Positions 19,880-21,564 of a DNA stretch of 21,564 bases are shown here, piece after piece (within the stretch, counting starts at the first letter, position 1; every line of letters begins with the position of its first letter). The DNA lies in NCBI GenBank assembly GCA_009103225.1, contig RHPI01002161.1, positions 264,799 through 286,362 of the forward strand, read 5' to 3'. A program made the position numbers and the translations under genes. Under the pieces are notes generated by a model. That model had not been told where the DNA came from. It worked only from the letters and a program-made list of their open reading frames with translations, and ran no database searches. The stretch comes from Chlorokybus atmophyticus. Taxonomy: Eukaryota; Plantae; Mesostigma and Chlorokybus algae.

Positions 19880-20218
19880 TGTCAGGAGAGAGGGTGTGCC
19901 CCTCCTCCCTTTAATCCCCTACCCCAACACCACCACCAGCCTCGCCGCCGCCGCCGCCACTGCCGGGGCAGTTGCCAGAGCAAAAGATGCTCTGGCTATG
20001 GCGGCCGCTGCGTTAGCAGCGCCGCCATGCAGCTGATATCAACATGAGACTCATGTCTCATGTCGATATCAGTGTTATAGTTAAGTAACACTACATTAGG
20101 GCCTTAACACTAGGTTAACGGCCCTAATAAGGCTTAATAGGCTGTATAATCCCGTTGGGACCCTTATTTAATCCTAAATAAGGGCGGGGAACCTCTATGG
20201 AGGTAGCACACCGTTACA
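19880..20218 (-). repeat. Gypsy 5' LTR
   Basis: 337/339 identical to 13412-13750. Confidence 0.98.
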
Positions 20219-20223
20219 GTGAC

Positions 20224-21564
20224 CCAGAGTGCTGCGCCAACGCCTCAGGCCTCGCCTTCGTGTGCTAGGCAAGAAGTAGCCGAGTGTTCTGCACATCCTG
20301 CCTCCCCTCAACCACAGCCACATGCTCGCAATCCCAATTCAGCACCCTCCCTTCCTGCCGCGGAGACTCACTTGCCACCGCACTCTGACCATCCGGAGGC
20401 ATCTCCATCAAGAAGCAGCTGTAGCTCGCCCTCTCCCTCTAAGCTTGCCACATTGATCCCAGCCTGTTTTGTTGGTAAAGAGATTGATCGAGGTATCATG
20501 AAAGCTGCGCTGAAAGACAAAGGCTTCATGCTCGACCTCATGAAGCAACATGAGGTCGTGGAGGAACGGGAGGCAACCAACAAGCGCAAGGCTGTGGAGC
20601 AAGAAGATAACGCCTTACCTCCTCTGAGTGACAGTGCCACGGAGAGCGCCTGCCAGGATGTGCAGGGTGACAAAAAAAAAAGAAGAAGGTTGTTGGAACA
20701 AAGGACGCTGACAGGACCAAAAAAGGAAAGGTGAGGCATCGTTACAACATTAGAAGAAGCACAGCGCCTTGAAGCCTCACTGGGGCTGACTGTGTGTCCT
20801 GAGTAGGCACAGGCGGGTTTATAGCGTCAAGTGGCTGCTCAGCATTGTCCAGAGAGACAGCCGGTGCGGCACGAGCTGCCTAAGCTCAAAGCACCGACGC
20901 GCAGGCGCTTTGGGGGGCTGACTCGTAGTGCAAAGGAGTTGATCACCCTACAGTACGCCCAAGACGCGCTGCATCACCGCATGCGGCATGCCTCGAGGTG
21001 GGTGACGAAAGTTTGCAATAAGTGGGAGCAAACGCGGAGAATGCGGTCTAAACAGACCTCTGGGGATTGGTCGTGGTTGGAACCCATACACGATATGGCC
21101 ATCCGTAGTACGTTGTTGCCCCTTGCCGTCCTCGATATGATGGTGTTATTGCTGCCGCAGCAACCCGGCAATGTGCAAGAGCTATCTGCGGAGCAGAACT
21201 TCGACCTGCAGCAGATGTACCTGTCGATGTCGACTAATGCGGGTCGAGATGTGTGCCACTACCTGAGCAAACATACTGGGTGGCAAGTAAAACCATTCGA
21301 GCTGTACTTGGCATGCTTTGGCTGGCAGTGGCTGTATGTCATACGGCACGTCGAGCTGATTCTGTGGAAGCTCGAAGAAAATGACGATGCGGGGGAGTAC
21401 ACGAGTGACGACAGCCATGTCGAGGGCCTGGATGAACGCATGCTGGACGAGACCACCAAGACCAGCAGGTGGTGTATGGCGGCAGATGGGCGTCAGGTGA
21501 TCGAGCAGGCAGTGGAGCGTTATGCTGCGCCATTCAGATGGGAGTCGCTACGCCTGCGACGCTA
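20224..21564 (+). pseudogene. 3' continuation of the OTU-motif gene, open at the window end
   Basis: Removing the Gypsy and one TSD joins ..SPLPPAVT|QSAAPTPQ.. in frame. A probable intron lies at 20731-20824 (AG|GTGAG, CTGAC branch-like site, tttatag). A stop-free frame then runs 20825-21564 (..GDWSWLEPIHDMAIRS..FGWQWLYVIRHVELILWKL..), which the ORF track misses because it is truncated by the window end. Confidence 0.72.

Larger units (their letters stand above)
13412..20218 (-). mobile_element. Ty3/Gypsy chromovirus LTR retrotransposon, 6807 bp, recent insertion
   Basis: 339-bp TG...CA LTRs (337/339 identical), TSD GTGAC (13407-13411 and 20219-20223), PBS, PPT, and gag, PR-RT-RH-IN-chromodomain order. 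Confidence 0.98.

Noticed and set aside
20732-20824. Three nonsense mutations in the OTU gene
   Set aside because: Better explained as intronic sequence (GTGAG donor at 20731, CTGAC, tttatag acceptor) combined with a homopolymer indel at 20672-20681.

Overview
Eukaryotic, most likely green-algal (chlorophyte) DNA. This is inferred from short GT-AG introns, CA/GT-rich introns, a TGTAA signal in an LTR and algal-type retroelements. The window is a nested transposon cluster downstream of a host gene. In order: (1) the last three exons of a host gene (68-565); (2) a very young Copia element (3103-5892, minus; 469-bp LTRs with 1 mismatch, TSD CAGGC) encoding only Gag + protease + a Lys-rich tail; (3) a decayed Gypsy integrase ending in a PHD finger (about 6721-8040, minus); (4) from about 8050 to beyond the window end, an unclassified unit made of a 53-bp palindromic tandem array and two divergent spliced genes (a 7-exon minus gene of about 389 aa, and a plus gene with a Zn-finger-like motif and an OTU-type protease motif), which I infer is a large DNA transposon; (5) a young Gypsy chromovirus (13412-20218, minus; 339-bp LTRs with 2 mismatches, TSD GTGAC) inserted inside the OTU gene. 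In the chromovirus, gag and pol are in frame across a single TAG, there is an extra ~140-aa domain before the protease that resembles a degenerate adenine methyltransferase, and a frameshifting lesion precedes the integrase core. All family assignments are by eye, from motifs; no searches were run.
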